NCBI GenBank assembly: GCA_030704615.1
Contig: CM060731.1
Coordinates: forward strand, 66,650,001-66,714,000
Direction of reading: 5' to 3'
Origin: Takakia lepidozioides
Lineage: Eukaryota > Plantae > Bryophyta
Length of the DNA stretch: 64,000 nucleotides
This document shows, piece after piece, positions 63,619 to 64,000 of this stretch (its first letter is position 1; each line of letters starts with the position of its first letter). Below the pieces are notes generated by a model that worked only from the letters and a program-made list of their open reading frames with translations, was not told the origin of the DNA and made no database searches. The translations under genes and the position numbers were made by a program.

Positions 63619-64000
63619 CATCCTCTTCACTTTGGTCATCTGCAAATTCCATTACTGGATTTCACAAGAGTTGAAACTTGAACTTGATGTCCCTTCATAT
63701 ATTTGATGCCAATGCAGTCTCCAATTATGTTGTGCAATGTGTGCCATTTCTTTCTTGTGTGTAGTCGTTCGAAAATAAATGGAATGGATGCAAATGCTTT
63801 CACAAGTTGTTCCTGCATTTTAATTTCTGGTGTTTTGCATGAATGAATGCCACGGCTATAGGCCCCTCGGCTATAGGTGCTACATGTTTCTGATGACATG
63901 GCATCTGGCAAGTTGTTCAGATGCCACGTTATTCTGACGACTGCCACGTCATCCGGATACTGACACGTCAGCAGGCCCACGCTCACGCCACGTTAGCGCG

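Larger units (their letters stand above)
43873..64000. mobile_element. Mutator-like ParB-MTase transposon, copy C (second subfamily; host of nested copy B; right end just beyond the window)
   Basis: Left end GGGGGATGCTTCCGCGTGAGC. MTase gene on minus (45914-50731). Transposase on plus, split into 51490-52656 and 61289-63618. Subterminal motifs GCCACGTCA, GCTCACGC and GGCTATAGG reappear at 63850-64000. Confidence 0.85.

Overview
Eukaryotic land-plant nuclear DNA: spliceosomal GT-AG introns, plant lipid genes and plant TE types. A non-seed plant such as a bryophyte is plausible but not provable from sequence. Two intact host genes lie on the minus strand: a 4-exon 3-ketoacyl-CoA synthase (KCS, 22825-25981) and a 7-exon plastid-type phosphatidate cytidylyltransferase (38542-42080). 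A decayed, inverted KCS paralog lies at about 18.3-19.4 kb. Most of the rest is mobile DNA: Ty3/gypsy and CACTA remnants, a hAT MITE with a perfect 8-bp TSD, and tRNA-derived SINE-like repeats. The main result is three copies, in two subfamilies, of an ~11.5-kb Mutator-like DNA transposon: copy A 1-7160 (partial), copy C 43873 to beyond 64000, and copy B 52657-61283, nested inverted inside C's transposase. The element carries two divergently transcribed genes. One is a GCM-like zinc domain + MULE DDE + SWIM transposase. The other is a multi-exon protein that fuses a ParB/Srx-like domain (VWDGNHR) to a prokaryote-style beta-class N6A/N4C DNA methyltransferase fold (DIPDG; D-L-x-x-G-T-G; GMEGD). 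The introns of this second gene hold arrays of palindromes with a shared CGTTGACG core and subfamily-specific arms. This suggests a transposon-encoded, sequence-specific self-marking or anti-silencing system (hypothesis). All copies in the window carry disabling lesions. Domain assignments are by-eye motif matches; no searches were run.
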